This document shows positions 29,573-40,081 of a stretch of 64,000 bases of DNA, piece by piece. Position 1 is the stretch's first letter. Each line of letters begins with the position of its first letter. This DNA is from an uncultured bacterium (lineage in GTDB: Bacteria; Myxococcota_A; UBA9042; PHBI01), in the NCBI GenBank assembly GCA_938040325.1, contig CALHXW010000193.1:246-64245 (forward strand), given 5' to 3'. The notes under the pieces are model-generated. The model was not told the DNA's origin, ran no database searches, and worked only from the letters and a program-made list of their open reading frames with translations. Both the position numbers and the translations under genes were made by a program.

Positions 29573-31600
29573 TCAGTCTGAGCTGCTGCTGGGCTGCGCG
29601 GCGCTGTACTTAGCGACGTAGGCACGCAGGTCGTCGAGCTCCTTTGCGTACCCGCCGGAGAGGATCGGAAACCGGCACCATGTCTTCGGATCGAGGTTTT
29701 CGTCATCGACATGGAAGCTCGGCGCATAGCGCTCGCGCTTCCATTGGTTGCGGCACCAGAGCTTGAAGAAGCGCTCGACCCAGGCGCCGAGCTGCTCCAG
29801 CCCATACTGGGGGAACTCGAGGCGCATCAAGCGAAAGCACTCGACCGGGTCCTGCTTGTCTCGGATCGCCGCGCGCTCGATCGCGTCCAGCAGGGGGTAG
29901 GGCATCAGGTCCCCCTCATCGGTCTGCCCCTCGGACTGGGGACGTAGCTCGGCCGTCGGCTGCTGCACGTTCACCACTTGGAGCGCCGGCAGCGGTCCGA
30001 CGCCATCCGGGCCGAGCTCTTCGTACCAGCGCAGCCAGGTCCGAAGGAATGCCTTGTCGATGCCGGCGATCGGCGAGATGCCACCGCACGTGTCGCCGTC
30101 CATCGTGGCATAGCCCACCGCCGCTTCGGACCGGTTCGAGGTCGACACCAGCAGCGCCTTTCGGATGTTGGCAAGCATCCAAACGCTCGGTCCACGAACC
30201 CGCGCCTGGATGTTCTGCAGCGCCAGGTCGTCGGTCTCCCACGTAAGCTCGCGGTCGATCCCACCCTCGACGAGGGCAACGTACCGCTCGACCAGGCCAT
30301 CCACATCGAGATGCATGAACTCTGCGTGGATCGCAGCCGCGACGGTCCGCGCGGCGTTTGTGGTCACCTCGCCGCTGTTGCGGGTTGCCTGGTAGACGCA
30401 CACCAGCATTCGCTCAACGAGCTCCGGCACGGTCGTCGCGTCGGCGAGCTCCGTGTAGTAGCTGAGGCGCTCCTTGAAGCCGTCGACCCCGAGCGCGTCG
30501 GTGGCAAACCGCACCATCAGGGCAACGAGGCACGCGCAGGCGGTCGAGTCTGCCCCGCCCGACAGCGAGATGACGAAGCCGCGGCTATAGCTCCGACGCA
30601 TGTAGTCGAACAGAGAGAGCGAGATCGCGCGTGCGAACTCCTCCTCTTTGCGATGCTCGGACTGTTCCCAAGCGGCCGTGGAGACCCCTGTGGGCAACGC
30701 CGGATCGAGCTCCGGCCAGCTGAACGGGATGGTGACACACTCACCCTCCGGCTCATCAAACGAGGGCCGGAAGCTGTTGGTCCAGCCCTGAATCATCCGC
30801 GTCTGCTCGACATCGATCACGGCCGTCGTCAGGGACACATCCTCGTAGCCGAAGCGCTCTCCGGCCGCCAGGAGACGACCTTCCGAGGCGATCAAGGCTC
30901 CGCCGTCATAGACGATGCGGCCAGAGTCGTTGCCCAGAAGGTTCGCGTAGACGTAGGTGACGGCGAAGGCACGGCTGCCCTCGATCACAAAGCGCTTTCG
31001 CACATCGAGCTTTCCGAAGGCGAAGTGGCTTGCTGACGGGTTGAGAATGATATCGACCCCGCGGCCCGCCAGCGACGTTCCTGGTCGCGATGCAACCCAG
31101 GCGTCCTCGCAGATCTCAAAGCCGATCCGCACCCCGCCAACCTCGAAGTAGATGTCGCCGATCGGGTAGTCCACGCCGTCAACATCGAGCTGGCCGTGGG
31201 CTCCAAGCTGCCACGGCTTAAACCAGCGAGGCTCGTAGTGAACGCCGTCTCCTGCGAGGTGGCGCTTACAGACGATGCCGACGACTTTGCCGTCAGCAAC
31301 CATGCACGCGGCGTTAAAGATCGCGTTGCGATAGACGATCGGCAAGCCGACGCTGACAACGATGCCGACCGTTTCCGGCACGATCTGGTCGACAAGCACG
31401 TCCCATGCCTCACGCTGTACACTCGGCGAGAAGAAGCCGTCCTGGCAGCCGTAGCCCGTTAGCACCATCTCGGGCAGGCAGAGCACGGTGACGCCCTCGG
31501 CCTTTGCGCGACGGATCGCCTCAATGGTTCGCGCCGCGTTGCCGCGCCAGTCCAAGGGCGTCTGGTTGAGGATGGCCGCTGCGACTTTGACGAGCTTCAT
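29573..31600 (-). CDS. nadE: Glutamine-dependent NAD+ synthetase
   Basis: Nitrilase-like domain (LPE, EICED), LSGGADS, QNIQAR, NRSE.AVGY.T..GD, PTAEL. Confidence 0.96.
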   Translation of the reverse strand: MKLVKVAAAILNQTPLDWRGNAARTIEAIRRAKAEGVTVLCLPEMVLTGYGCQDGFFSPSVQREAWDVLVDQIVPETVGIVVSVGLPIVYRNAIFNAACMVADGKVVGIVCKRHLAGDGVHYEPRWFKPWQLGAHGQLDVDGVDYPIGDIYFEVGGVRIGFEICEDAWVASRPGTSLAGRGVDIILNPSASHFAFGKLDVRKRFVIEGSRAFAVTYVYANLLGNDSGRIVYDGGALIASEGRLLAAGERFGYEDVSLTTAVIDVEQTRMIQGWTNSFRPSFDEPEGECVTIPFSWPELDPALPTGVSTAAWEQSEHRKEEEFARAISLSLFDYMRRSYSRGFVISLSGGADSTACACLVALMVRFATDALGVDGFKERLSYYTELADATTVPELVERMLVCVYQATRNSGEVTTNAARTVAAAIHAEFMHLDVDGLVERYVALVEGGIDRELTWETDDLALQNIQARVRGPSVWMLANIRKALLVSTSNRSEAAVGYATMDGDTCGGISPIAGIDKAFLRTWLRWYEELGPDGVGPLPALQVVNVQQPTAELRPQSEGQTDEGDLMPYPLLDAIERAAIRDKQDPVECFRLMRLEFPQYGLEQLGAWVERFFKLWCRNQWKRERYAPSFHVDDENLDPKTWCRFPILSGGYAKELDDLRAYVAKYSAAQPSSSSD

Positions 31601-33078
31601 ACGTCGACCTCATGTCCTCGCGCCGCGAGCACGAGGCGCTGTTTTTCGGCAAAGAGGCCGGCCTCGAGACCGACCGGGTAGGTGTGCGGATTGAGCAGCC
31701 GCCGGATGCCGGCGTGGAGTCCCGCTTGCTCGCGTTGCGCGCGCTCGCGGATCGTGTCGAGGGGCTCGTGAGGGCGAACTTGCCGCCCCGCCCGCAGGAC
31801 AGGCTCAAGGAGCTCGCGTGATGTCGTAGCGGGCGTGAACACCTTACGCCGCGTCGCGTCGCTCGGGTCGACCACCACGCATGGCTTAGGCAGACCCGCG
31901 AGCTCATCGAAGATCACGTCGCCGAGGAAGACGCCGTTGTCATCGACAAAGCGGCGCACCTGGAGGACGCCTGGGGTCGACACCTTGATGAGCTGCTCGC
32001 TGAGCTTGACCTTCGGCTCCCACTGTCCGTCGGCATCACGAAGCGCGGCGAGCTTGTAAACGCCGCCGAGGGCTGGCTGATCGTAGGCGGTCACGAGCTT
32101 GGTGCCGACGCCCCACACGGCGATGGTGGCACCTTGTTGCTTGAGGCTCTCGATGACGGTCTCGCTGAGATCGTTGGACGCGACGATGAGCGCGTCAGGG
32201 AATCCGGCGTCATCAAGCTTCTTGCGTGCCTCGACAGAGAGATAGGCAAGGTCGCCCGAGTCGAGCCGCACGCCGGCCATCTCGAAGCCGCGCTCACGGA
32301 GCTTGCGGCCCGCTCGGATGGCGGCGTCAACCCCCGCGAGGGTGTCGTAGGTATCGACCAAGAAGACGCAGTTGTTCGGCATGGCCGCCGCGTAGGCTTC
32401 GAAAGCCGCATCCTCGTCGTCGAACGCCATGACCCAGCTGTGGGCGTGGGTGCCTCGAACCGGAATGCCGAAGAGCTTGCCAGCGAGAACGTTGGAGGTC
32501 GCTGCGCAGCCTCCAACGTACGCGGCGCGGCTTGCTGTGAGTGCACCGTCGATCCCTTGGGCTCGCCGGAGACCAAACTCGAGGACCGCGTCCCCGCCAG
32601 CTGCCACTGTGACACGAGCCGCCTTCGTCGCCACGAGCGTCTGGAAGTTCACAAGGTTGAGCAGGGCCGTCTCGATGAGCTGGGCTTGCAGGAGGGGCCC
32701 CCGCACCCGCACGAGAGGCTGGTGGGGAAAGGTGACCGTTCCCTCAGGGATGGCGTCCACGTCGCAGCTAAAGGTGAGCGTCTTGAGGTACTCGAGGAAA
32801 TCCGCGCCAAAGAGCGGCTCGCCGTCGTTGCCTTGGAGGCTGCCGAGGTACGCGAGGTCGTCGTCGGCGAAGGCAAGGTTGCCGAGGAAGTCGACGACCT
32901 GCTCGAGCCCTGCGGCGACCGCGAACCCGCCACCGAATGGGTTCTTGCGGAAGAAGAGGTGGAAGACCGCTTCGCGCTCGGCCATGCCAGACTTGAAGTA
33001 CCCATGCGCCATCGTGAGCTGATAGAGGTCGGTCAGCAGCGAGAGCGATGTGCGATAGATCGTGTCGAGTGTCGCCAT
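31597..33078 (-). CDS. pncB: Nicotinate phosphoribosyltransferase
   Basis: [44 protein letters not shown]; ATGA overlap with nadE. Confidence 0.96.
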   Translation of the reverse strand: MATLDTIYRTSLSLLTDLYQLTMAHGYFKSGMAEREAVFHLFFRKNPFGGGFAVAAGLEQVVDFLGNLAFADDDLAYLGSLQGNDGEPLFGADFLEYLKTLTFSCDVDAIPEGTVTFPHQPLVRVRGPLLQAQLIETALLNLVNFQTLVATKAARVTVAAGGDAVLEFGLRRAQGIDGALTASRAAYVGGCAATSNVLAGKLFGIPVRGTHAHSWVMAFDDEDAAFEAYAAAMPNNCVFLVDTYDTLAGVDAAIRAGRKLRERGFEMAGVRLDSGDLAYLSVEARKKLDDAGFPDALIVASNDLSETVIESLKQQGATIAVWGVGTKLVTAYDQPALGGVYKLAALRDADGQWEPKVKLSEQLIKVSTPGVLQVRRFVDDNGVFLGDVIFDELAGLPKPCVVVDPSDATRRKVFTPATTSRELLEPVLRAGRQVRPHEPLDTIRERAQREQAGLHAGIRRLLNPHTYPVGLEAGLFAEKQRLVLAARGHEVDV

Positions 33079-33212
33079 GAGCAACTCATAGCGAAGAGCA
33101 GCCGCCGCGTCGATAGGCTCACGCGCCGTCGACGGCACAGGCGCGGCGAACAGGTTGGGGCGGCCGTCGCTCACGATCGCCACGTCGACCGCTGGACCGC
33201 GCCGGCAGGTGT

Positions 33213-34946
33213 TTAGCCTCCGACGACGTGACGGCACTCCACCATGAGCTCACCGCAGAGGTCGCCGATGAGGGTCGCGCCGTGGTCCTCATCGATGGCG
33301 CTCTGCAGATCGAGGCCGAGCTGCGACAGGAGCGGGTAGCCGTAGCTGGTGCCCGTACCGGCGATCTTGTGAGCTACGCTCCGGATGCGGGTCAGGTCGT
33401 CGGCCTTCATGGCATCAGCAAGCTCGTCGATTCGCTCCCGCAGGGTCTCCAAATACTCCGCGATCAGCCAGTCCGGCAGTCCGCTGGTGTTTTCAGAGGG
33501 CTCCGACCGTGCGGGCTTGGCGGCTGGCGTGCCAAAGCTCTGGCTGGTCATCGTTGCGCGCCGCCGACCGGGTCGCGCAGTCCGCGAGCGTGTGGTGCGC
33601 GGGCCGCCGACCAGCAGCCCATCAAGCCGCGCGAGCAGGCTGCGCGGCACGATAGGCTTGACGATGTACTCATCGCAGCCAGCCGTCAGCGACGCATGTC
33701 GGGCGTCGACGGTGGCGTCCGCCGTCAGCGCGACGATCGTGCCGAGGTAGCCGGCGGCACGGAGCGCCCGCGTTGCCGAGATGCCGTCGAGGACCGGCAT
33801 CCGGACGTCCATTAGGACGATATCGAACTCCGGCGCGTCCTCCGCGAGGAGCACGTCCAAGGCTTCCTGCCCGTTGGTGGCCAGCTGAACGGTCGCCCCG
33901 GCCTGGGTGAGGAAGCGCTCGATGATGCGCCGGTTGTCCTTGCTGTCGTCGGTCACGAAGATGTTGCGCCCGCGGAGAGCGTCCTTGGGCAGCGAGACGC
34001 GGCTCGCAACCCGAGTTGTCGCGTGGATGTGCTCGGGATCGACCAGCGAGACCATGTCGCGTCGAGTGACAGGAAGCGTCAGGGTAAAGGTGCTGCCCCG
34101 ACCGAGCTCCGAGGTGACGCGCAGGTCGCCGTCGAGCCGCATAGCGAGCCGGCGGGAGATGTCGAGCCCCAAGCCGGTGCCGCCATAAGACGCGTCATGG
34201 CTTTGGGTGAACGGCTGAAAGATCGTGTCGAGCTGGTCGGCAGGGATCCCCACGCCTGTGTCAGCGACGGCGATCTTGAGCGTGCCACCTAGGTCATGGC
34301 TCACAGCCGAGATCTCGACCCGGACCCCGCCTTCCGACGTGAACTTGACGGCGTTCGACAGGAGATTGACGACGATCTGGCGAAGCCGGAGGGGATCGCA
34401 GTGGATCTCGCTAGGAACAGAGCCCTCGCACGACAGGTCGAGGGAGATGCCCTTGGTCTGGGCGGCCGCGGCAAAGAGGCTCATGATCTCGGCAACCTCA
34501 CGCAGGATCGGCGTGGGCTCGAGGTTGATTGCGAGCTCGCCCGCTTCGATCTTGGTGAGGTCGAGGATGTCGCCGACCAGGCCGAGGAGGTGCTCGGCGG
34601 AGCGCTGCAGAGCCAGCGACCACTCGCGGCACTCGGCATCGGGGAGATCTGCCCCTTCGATGAGGTTGGCGTAGCCCATCACTGCCGTCAGCGGCGAGCG
34701 AATCTCATGGCTCATGTTCGCCAGAAAGCGACTCTTGGCTTTGTTGGCGGCTTCAAGAGCTGCCATGGTCTCTTCTAGCTCGCCTGTGCGGGCGGCGATG
34801 CGTGCCTCAAGCTGCTCAGCTGCGGCGCGGAGCTCTTGGTTGGCCTCCCAGAGCTCAAGGCTCTTTTGCTCGAGGATCGCCTCTGCTTGTCGGCGTGCGC
34901 TCTTCTCGCGCTCAAGGCGCCGCTTCCATGCGTCGTCACTCGGCAT
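33213..34946 (-). CDS. Soluble hybrid histidine kinase (coiled coil-HisKA-HATPase-REC-Hpt), probable H-NOX partner
   Basis: N-terminal [21 protein letters not shown] coil, [11 protein letters not shown] (LMDVRMP), Hpt (AHKIAG); no sensor domain of its own. Confidence 0.92.
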   Translation of the reverse strand: MPSDDAWKRRLEREKSARRQAEAILEQKSLELWEANQELRAAAEQLEARIAARTGELEETMAALEAANKAKSRFLANMSHEIRSPLTAVMGYANLIEGADLPDAECREWSLALQRSAEHLLGLVGDILDLTKIEAGELAINLEPTPILREVAEIMSLFAAAAQTKGISLDLSCEGSVPSEIHCDPLRLRQIVVNLLSNAVKFTSEGGVRVEISAVSHDLGGTLKIAVADTGVGIPADQLDTIFQPFTQSHDASYGGTGLGLDISRRLAMRLDGDLRVTSELGRGSTFTLTLPVTRRDMVSLVDPEHIHATTRVASRVSLPKDALRGRNIFVTDDSKDNRRIIERFLTQAGATVQLATNGQEALDVLLAEDAPEFDIVLMDVRMPVLDGISATRALRAAGYLGTIVALTADATVDARHASLTAGCDEYIVKPIVPRSLLARLDGLLVGGPRTTRSRTARPGRRRATMTSQSFGTPAAKPARSEPSENTSGLPDWLIAEYLETLRERIDELADAMKADDLTRIRSVAHKIAGTGTSYGYPLLSQLGLDLQSAIDEDHGATLIGDLCGELMVECRHVVGG

Positions 34947-35106
34947 GCAATGACCTGCTCGCTTCGCAGACGACCGGCCAGCTGCGGGGTGCAGCAAGCG
35001 TCCCAAGCCCGCGGCTCACGTCGTGGGAAGTGTCACTCGAGTCGATCACCCGGGCTCTCCGTTGTGGCGGTGTCAGTTCGTGCAGCTCAGCGCTTCTATC
35101 GGCTCA

Positions 35107-35652
35107 TCAGCCCACGCGCTTGAGGCCGAACCGAACGTGCGTACCGCCGTCGCTCGGCAGATTCTCGCGCGCGATCTCTACCTGCTCGTTGAAGTGGGCG
35201 AAGCACCCGCGGATCAATCCCTCGCAGAGGTCCGCCATCGGCCGCTGAGACCGATAGATGAGAACCATCGAGTCGTCCGTCCGCTCGCCGTACTCGAACG
35301 ATGGCAGCTCCGCGTCGGGATAGAGCTTTCGGACCTCCACGTGGATGTGGTCTTCGATCGCCCCAATGAGCTCGAAGCCGCCACCGACACTGCCGATGTA
35401 CTCCGGATGTGCCTTCGCGAGTCGGCCAAAGAGGTGCTTTCCAAACGCCGCTTGCTGGTCCGCGACCGACATCCCGACTTTCGCTTCCACCGTGTTCAGC
35501 AGCGTCAACACTTCCGACGCGGGGTAGGTCCCGACCGCGGTATAGGCCGCCCCGGACGGCAGATTTGCCGTCTCGATGACGTCGTCGACAACGTCCATGC
35601 CGAGCGCGGACTCTAGGAAGTCGATGAGCTCGACGAAGATGATTCCTTTCAT
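35107..35652 (-). CDS. Haem NO-binding (H-NOX) domain protein
   Basis: MKGIIF start, IHVEVRKLYPDAELPSF (proximal His and Pro), YRSQR (YxSxR); GGAG RBS. Confidence 0.93.
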   Translation of the reverse strand: MKGIIFVELIDFLESALGMDVVDDVIETANLPSGAAYTAVGTYPASEVLTLLNTVEAKVGMSVADQQAAFGKHLFGRLAKAHPEYIGSVGGGFELIGAIEDHIHVEVRKLYPDAELPSFEYGERTDDSMVLIYRSQRPMADLCEGLIRGCFAHFNEQVEIARENLPSDGGTHVRFGLKRVG

Positions 35653-36011
35653 TGTGTCTCCCAGCTGTCGGTGACATCGGCGAGCCTACACCGACCGGAG
35701 ATCGTTGCGTAGTCGGCGGGCCGGAGCTGCCCATGCAGCGAAAACTTCGGGGGTGTCCGGTAAGCGCCCGCCGTGCGCCCGCACGGTCCCGCCTGCAAAC
35801 GACGGACTGACCGATCATCTCGAGCGGTCCGCCAACGCCACGCAGGCAGCTCTTGAGTCTGCCTAGCCCAGCCGGCGAGCTGCGGCGCCGGTCTCGCGCA
35901 ACACGCGCTGCGTCCCCATTCGGTGCGGCGTTGATGCCGTAGCCTTGCGCGAATTCTTGTGAAAAGACCGGGCGAGGCGATCGCGGCGTGCTCGAGCTCT
36001 CGTGCGGCGGA

Positions 36012-36848
36012 TCAGTTCAGGAGCGTATCCTCTGAGGGCAACATCCGCAGCTTGACCGTGGCGAGCGCCCCTGCCGGTTGACCATCGAAACGCTGGGCAA
36101 TGTCGGCGTAGATGTCGCGCGTCATCGTCTGCGTCGTCATGGCCTCGGTCAGCTGTGCGAGCGCGAGTGCGTCCCGACCAGAGTCAGGTCGGAGAGCCGC
36201 AAGCATCCGCGCCGCTCGATAGTGTGTGGCTCGCGCTGGCCAAGCGTCGTCCTGAGCGGCACTGCGCGTCAAGTTGCGTAGGACGCGCTCCGCAATCGCC
36301 GCGGCCGGCACTGGGGCGAGGAAGCGATCGTCCCAAGCCAGTCCGTTGGTCATCGCCGCAACCAACGAGCGGCAGGCGTCCACCGTCAGCGTCTCCCCGC
36401 CGGAGAACGGGTCGATCAGCCGGCCGTCCACCCGGGCGATGAAGTGACAGGGCAGGCCGATACCGTCGGCGACGAGCCCTGCGCCGCGGGCCGTGAGGAC
36501 CCAGATCGCGGTGACGAGAATCGGCATGCCTCGGCGCCGCTCGATGACACGACTGAGCAGGCTGTTGTCGATGTCGTAGTAGCTCTCGCGGTCGCCGCGT
36601 AGCCCGCCTTCCCCGACCAGCACGTCGCGAAGCGCATCGAGGGGATCGGTTCGGTGCGACTGGCGCACGGCTTCGGACCACGCTCGGAGCTGGCGGCGGC
36701 TCTGCTCGCGGACCGCGCGTGGCGCCCGCTCGAGACCGCAGAGCGCGCCAAAGAGATCCCCGCTCCGTGCGGCCGCAACGACGCGCTCAAGGGCCTGATC
36801 GTCGTGGGCGGACCAGAGCTCGTCGTGGGTGTGCGTCGGTTGCGTCAT
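36012..36848 (-). CDS. SirB1-like transglutaminase-family protein
   Basis: YYDIDNSLL..VIERRRGMPI, GIGLPCHF, IDPF, RVLRNL. Confidence 0.88.
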   Translation of the reverse strand: MTQPTHTHDELWSAHDDQALERVVAAARSGDLFGALCGLERAPRAVREQSRRQLRAWSEAVRQSHRTDPLDALRDVLVGEGGLRGDRESYYDIDNSLLSRVIERRRGMPILVTAIWVLTARGAGLVADGIGLPCHFIARVDGRLIDPFSGGETLTVDACRSLVAAMTNGLAWDDRFLAPVPAAAIAERVLRNLTRSAAQDDAWPARATHYRAARMLAALRPDSGRDALALAQLTEAMTTQTMTRDIYADIAQRFDGQPAGALATVKLRMLPSEDTLLN

Positions 36849-36853
36849 AGGGC

Positions 36854-38065
36854 CTACTCGAAGGCGTCTTCGAGCTTCGCGCGGTCGCTCTGTGCAACCC
36901 CAAGCTCGTGGACAAGGATAGCGATTCCATAGGCTTGCGCGAGCAGTACGGAGACAAGCGCGACAGCACGCGTGAAGGTCAGCCACGAGGGCTCGCCGTG
37001 GGAGAGGATGGCGACGAGCACAAGCAATGCGGTCGTCGTCGCCGCGAGCAGCCAGCGCGCTCGGTTTCCTTGCGCAAGGCGGGGCCAGCCAATCAGCAAC
37101 GACGACGTCGGAGCCAGCAAGGCCAGCGCCACCATGAACTCGCGCTCTTCATCGGGCCACCACGGCCACGTCCCGAGCCGGAAACGCCAGACCGCGATCG
37201 CGACGAGCGCCGCTGCCAAGAGGCCGCACAAGACTCTCCAGAAGATGTTGGTCGGCTCGCGGCTCGGCGGGTTCGACATCAGAACAACCGTGACGCTCGC
37301 GACCCCTAAGGCGACAGCGCACACGACGTAAGGTGACCAGCGCCACCACCCGAGCAGCGCGAGCGCCCAGCAGCCGACGACGATCCCGACAAGCCGGATG
37401 CTGCCTTGCTCGGCGCTCTTCGTGCGGGCGTCACGACGGCCGCGGCTCGCTGGGCGCAGCTCGACCGCCAGGGAGACGAGGGCAAAGAGGGACACGACAC
37501 TTGCCAGCAAGAGCGCCGAGCGAGCGATACCGACCGGCGTCGTGATCCCAATGAGGCTGAGCTGGCTGAGCAGGCCGCTCACGGCGGCAAGGCCGGCCGC
37601 TGCCGTGAAGACTTGGCGATGCGCGGCCAACCCGAGAGAGGCGCTCAGATGGGCGAAGAAGAGCCCTTGGAGTAGGCCTGTGAGGCCGATGACGGCAGAG
37701 CGGGCAGCGCCCCAGCCAGTCGCGCCTGCAAAGGGAGCGGGCGGCGACGCGAGCGTGGAGAAGTCACCGAGCAGTAGGCCCGCGCCTGCGACCGAGAAGA
37801 GGACCGCCATGAGAAAGCGATTGCCGCCAACGTGGGTGAGCGATGCAAACATCGTCAGCGACACGACGCCGACGGCGAGCAGCCGCGACATAAAGGCCAG
37901 GGAGTAGAACCACTCGTTGGCGGCCACGATCAGCGGGTGCCCGCCTGTCATGCCCACCAGCCAGTAGTGGGTGACGTTGGTCACCAACAGAAACGCGAGC
38001 GCCCACACAGAGCGCACGAGCCAGCGCTGCAGGTTGCTTGTTTTGATCGCTTGGGGTTGCTGCAT
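36854..38065 (-). CDS. Hypothetical polytopic membrane protein
   Basis: About 12 hydrophobic segments; same strand as neighbours and fills the gap. Confidence 0.6.
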   Translation of the reverse strand: MQQPQAIKTSNLQRWLVRSVWALAFLLVTNVTHYWLVGMTGGHPLIVAANEWFYSLAFMSRLLAVGVVSLTMFASLTHVGGNRFLMAVLFSVAGAGLLLGDFSTLASPPAPFAGATGWGAARSAVIGLTGLLQGLFFAHLSASLGLAAHRQVFTAAAGLAAVSGLLSQLSLIGITTPVGIARSALLLASVVSLFALVSLAVELRPASRGRRDARTKSAEQGSIRLVGIVVGCWALALLGWWRWSPYVVCAVALGVASVTVVLMSNPPSREPTNIFWRVLCGLLAAALVAIAVWRFRLGTWPWWPDEEREFMVALALLAPTSSLLIGWPRLAQGNRARWLLAATTTALLVLVAILSHGEPSWLTFTRAVALVSVLLAQAYGIAILVHELGVAQSDRAKLEDAFE

Positions 38066-38134
38066 CGCCGCGCATCTTCGGTGGGCGCCGCTGCATCTGC
38101 AAGGCTGTCGCCACCAGCGCGCGATCGAGCGCTG

Positions 38135-40081
38135 CTAGAAGACCCGCATGATCCAGACCACCTGGAAGTTGTAGGGCCGTGCCTCGTTGCCGCCCGCGGA
38201 GGCCGACGAGCCGCTGATCGCATGGGTGTGTCCGCCTGCAGCGCCCGTGCTGCCAGTGAGCGAGTGGGAGTGCCCGCCCGCAGCGCCGCTCGTTCCAGTG
38301 ATCGCGGTGTTGCCGATGCCGGTCTTGGCGCCCGCAACCGTCAGGGTGGGGTCGCCCGCCTGGGGCGCTGCTGCCGTCTGGTTGGCGCCGTGATCGTGGG
38401 TCGACTTCAGCGCGCCTGCCGCGTGCGAGTGGTTTGGCACGCTGCCGATCGTGAGGCTGCCTTGGGTGTGGCTGTGGTCGCCGACCGATGACGCGGTCAG
38501 TCCGCCGCTGCCGTGCGTGTGGGTGAGGTTCGCTGAGGTCTGGGTCGTGCCGCTTGTCGAGCCGCCTCGCAGGAAGCGACCGCCGAGGCCGATCGCAACC
38601 GGGCCGTTGAGGTCGGGCGTGGTCACGCTACCGACCGTCTTGCCCGGGGCGACGCCACCCGTCGCGTACGCGCGAGGGTCGAGCACCTGTGAGCCATCGC
38701 AGGCCATCCAGCCGACCGGGATGGGCAGGGCGGGGTTCACGATGTTGGGGTGAAACGCGACGATGCTTCCAGCAGGCGCAAGCCCGGTGGTGCTCGCCGG
38801 TGCGGCGCAGGTCCACGCGCTGCCGTTCCACTGGACCAGCTCGCCGGTCTGGCAGTTCAGCGACGAGAGGGTGTCAGGACCGCCCTGGCTCAGGGTCGCA
38901 CAGACCCAAGAGCTGCCGTCGTAGCGAGGCACTTGGTTCGCGGCGCAGCTCAGCGAGGCGACCGTGTCATCGTCGTTAGCGCAGGCCCACGATGTCCCGC
39001 TGCGCTTGGGGACCTGACCGCCGGCGCAAGCTCCCAGGCCGGCCAGCAGGTCACTGTCGTAGGCGCAGGTCCAGACGCCATTTTGGAATCGCGGCACTTG
39101 AGTGTTGGCGCAGCTGAGCGTGCCCAGCGCGTTGCCGTCGTTGCCGCAGCTCCAGGCGCTGCCGTTCCACTTGGGGACCTGACCAGCCGCGCAGCTCGTG
39201 AGCGCGCCGAGCTGGTCTTGGTTGAGGTCGGGTGCGCAGCCCCACTGAGCGCCGTTGAACTTCGCGACCTCACCGGCTGCGCAGCTGAGCGCTTCGAGTG
39301 TGTCGGGTGGCGTCGAGCTACAGATCCAGGCTGAGCCATCGAAGCGCGCGACTTGATTGACGCCACAGCTCAACACGCCCAGCGTGTCGTTGGTGGCCGA
39401 GGGCGAGCACTGCCAGCTCGACCCGCTCCAGGCGGCAACCTCGCCGGGGTTGCACGAGAGGGCCGCGAGGGTGTCGTCGTCGCCAGGAGAGAAGTTGTTG
39501 TTGGCGAGGTATTGCGCCACGGCGCCCTCGTCGAGGTAGCCCTCTTGCGCGAGCACCTGGGTCAGCTCACCGTCGGTCACGCATAGGGCGGGGATGTCGG
39601 CGGCGAGGACATAGCTTGAAGACGGCAAGCCGCCGAGGGCATCGGCGTTGCTGGCCACCTCAGCGCTCGCTGAGCGCTCGCTCCAGATCGCATAGGCTGA
39701 GGCGACCACGCGCTGGCGCGGAAAGAGCTCGCCACCGCCGTTGATCGCGAGGCCGATATAGGTCTGCGCATTGGCGAGGGCCGCCGGCGTCAGCGGGTTG
39801 ATGTCGCCGAGGATGGCCTGCATCACGCCGGTGTCGATCGCGACGTTGGAGACGGTCTCCTGCCAGAGCGGCGTGCCGCCGGCGGACGCGTCATAGATGC
39901 TGAAGGTCACGTTGATTGGACCCGATGGGCAGTCGGCCGCCGAGGGGCAGTGCAGTGGGGCACCTGCGGCGTCGGTCAGAAAGCCCTGGTAGTGGAGCTG
40001 GTTGGGTGGGGCTTGCGCCGCGGCGTGGGGCGCGAGCAACCCAAGCAGAGCTGCTGGCCAGAGAGTCTTCCACATCGTCAT
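38135..40081 (-). CDS. Secreted phage-tail-fibre-like protein (Cys repeats, tail collar domain, HxH tip)
   Basis: Signal peptide; LHYQGFLTD...TFSIY...LWQE...PRQ N-domain; 8 L.C..GQV..(W/F).G..W.C repeats; PAGSIVAF...P.GWMACDG...PDL...GRFLRG collar; six HxH motifs; EARPYN end. Confidence 0.85.
   Translation of the reverse strand: MTMWKTLWPAALLGLLAPHAAAQAPPNQLHYQGFLTDAAGAPLHCPSAADCPSGPINVTFSIYDASAGGTPLWQETVSNVAIDTGVMQAILGDINPLTPAALANAQTYIGLAINGGGELFPRQRVVASAYAIWSERSASAEVASNADALGGLPSSSYVLAADIPALCVTDGELTQVLAQEGYLDEGAVAQYLANNNFSPGDDDTLAALSCNPGEVAAWSGSSWQCSPSATNDTLGVLSCGVNQVARFDGSAWICSSTPPDTLEALSCAAGEVAKFNGAQWGCAPDLNQDQLGALTSCAAGQVPKWNGSAWSCGNDGNALGTLSCANTQVPRFQNGVWTCAYDSDLLAGLGACAGGQVPKRSGTSWACANDDDTVASLSCAANQVPRYDGSSWVCATLSQGGPDTLSSLNCQTGELVQWNGSAWTCAAPASTTGLAPAGSIVAFHPNIVNPALPIPVGWMACDGSQVLDPRAYATGGVAPGKTVGSVTTPDLNGPVAIGLGGRFLRGGSTSGTTQTSANLTHTHGSGGLTASSVGDHSHTQGSLTIGSVPNHSHAAGALKSTHDHGANQTAAAPQAGDPTLTVAGAKTGIGNTAITGTSGAAGGHSHSLTGSTGAAGGHTHAISGSSASAGGNEARPYNFQVVWIMRVF
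38805..39480 (-). repeat. Eight tandem coding repeats of about 27-30 aa (consensus DTLxxLSCxxGQVxxWNGSxWxC)
   Basis: Counted in the translation of 38135..40081. Confidence 0.85.

Noticed and set aside
35653-36011. Possible riboswitch or sRNA upstream of the H-NOX gene
   Set aside because: No recognisable conserved motif by eye; an Infernal/Rfam search would be needed.
38135-40081. Prophage remnant suggested by the tail collar domain
   Set aside because: The protein has a signal peptide and no other phage genes, integrase or att sites are nearby.
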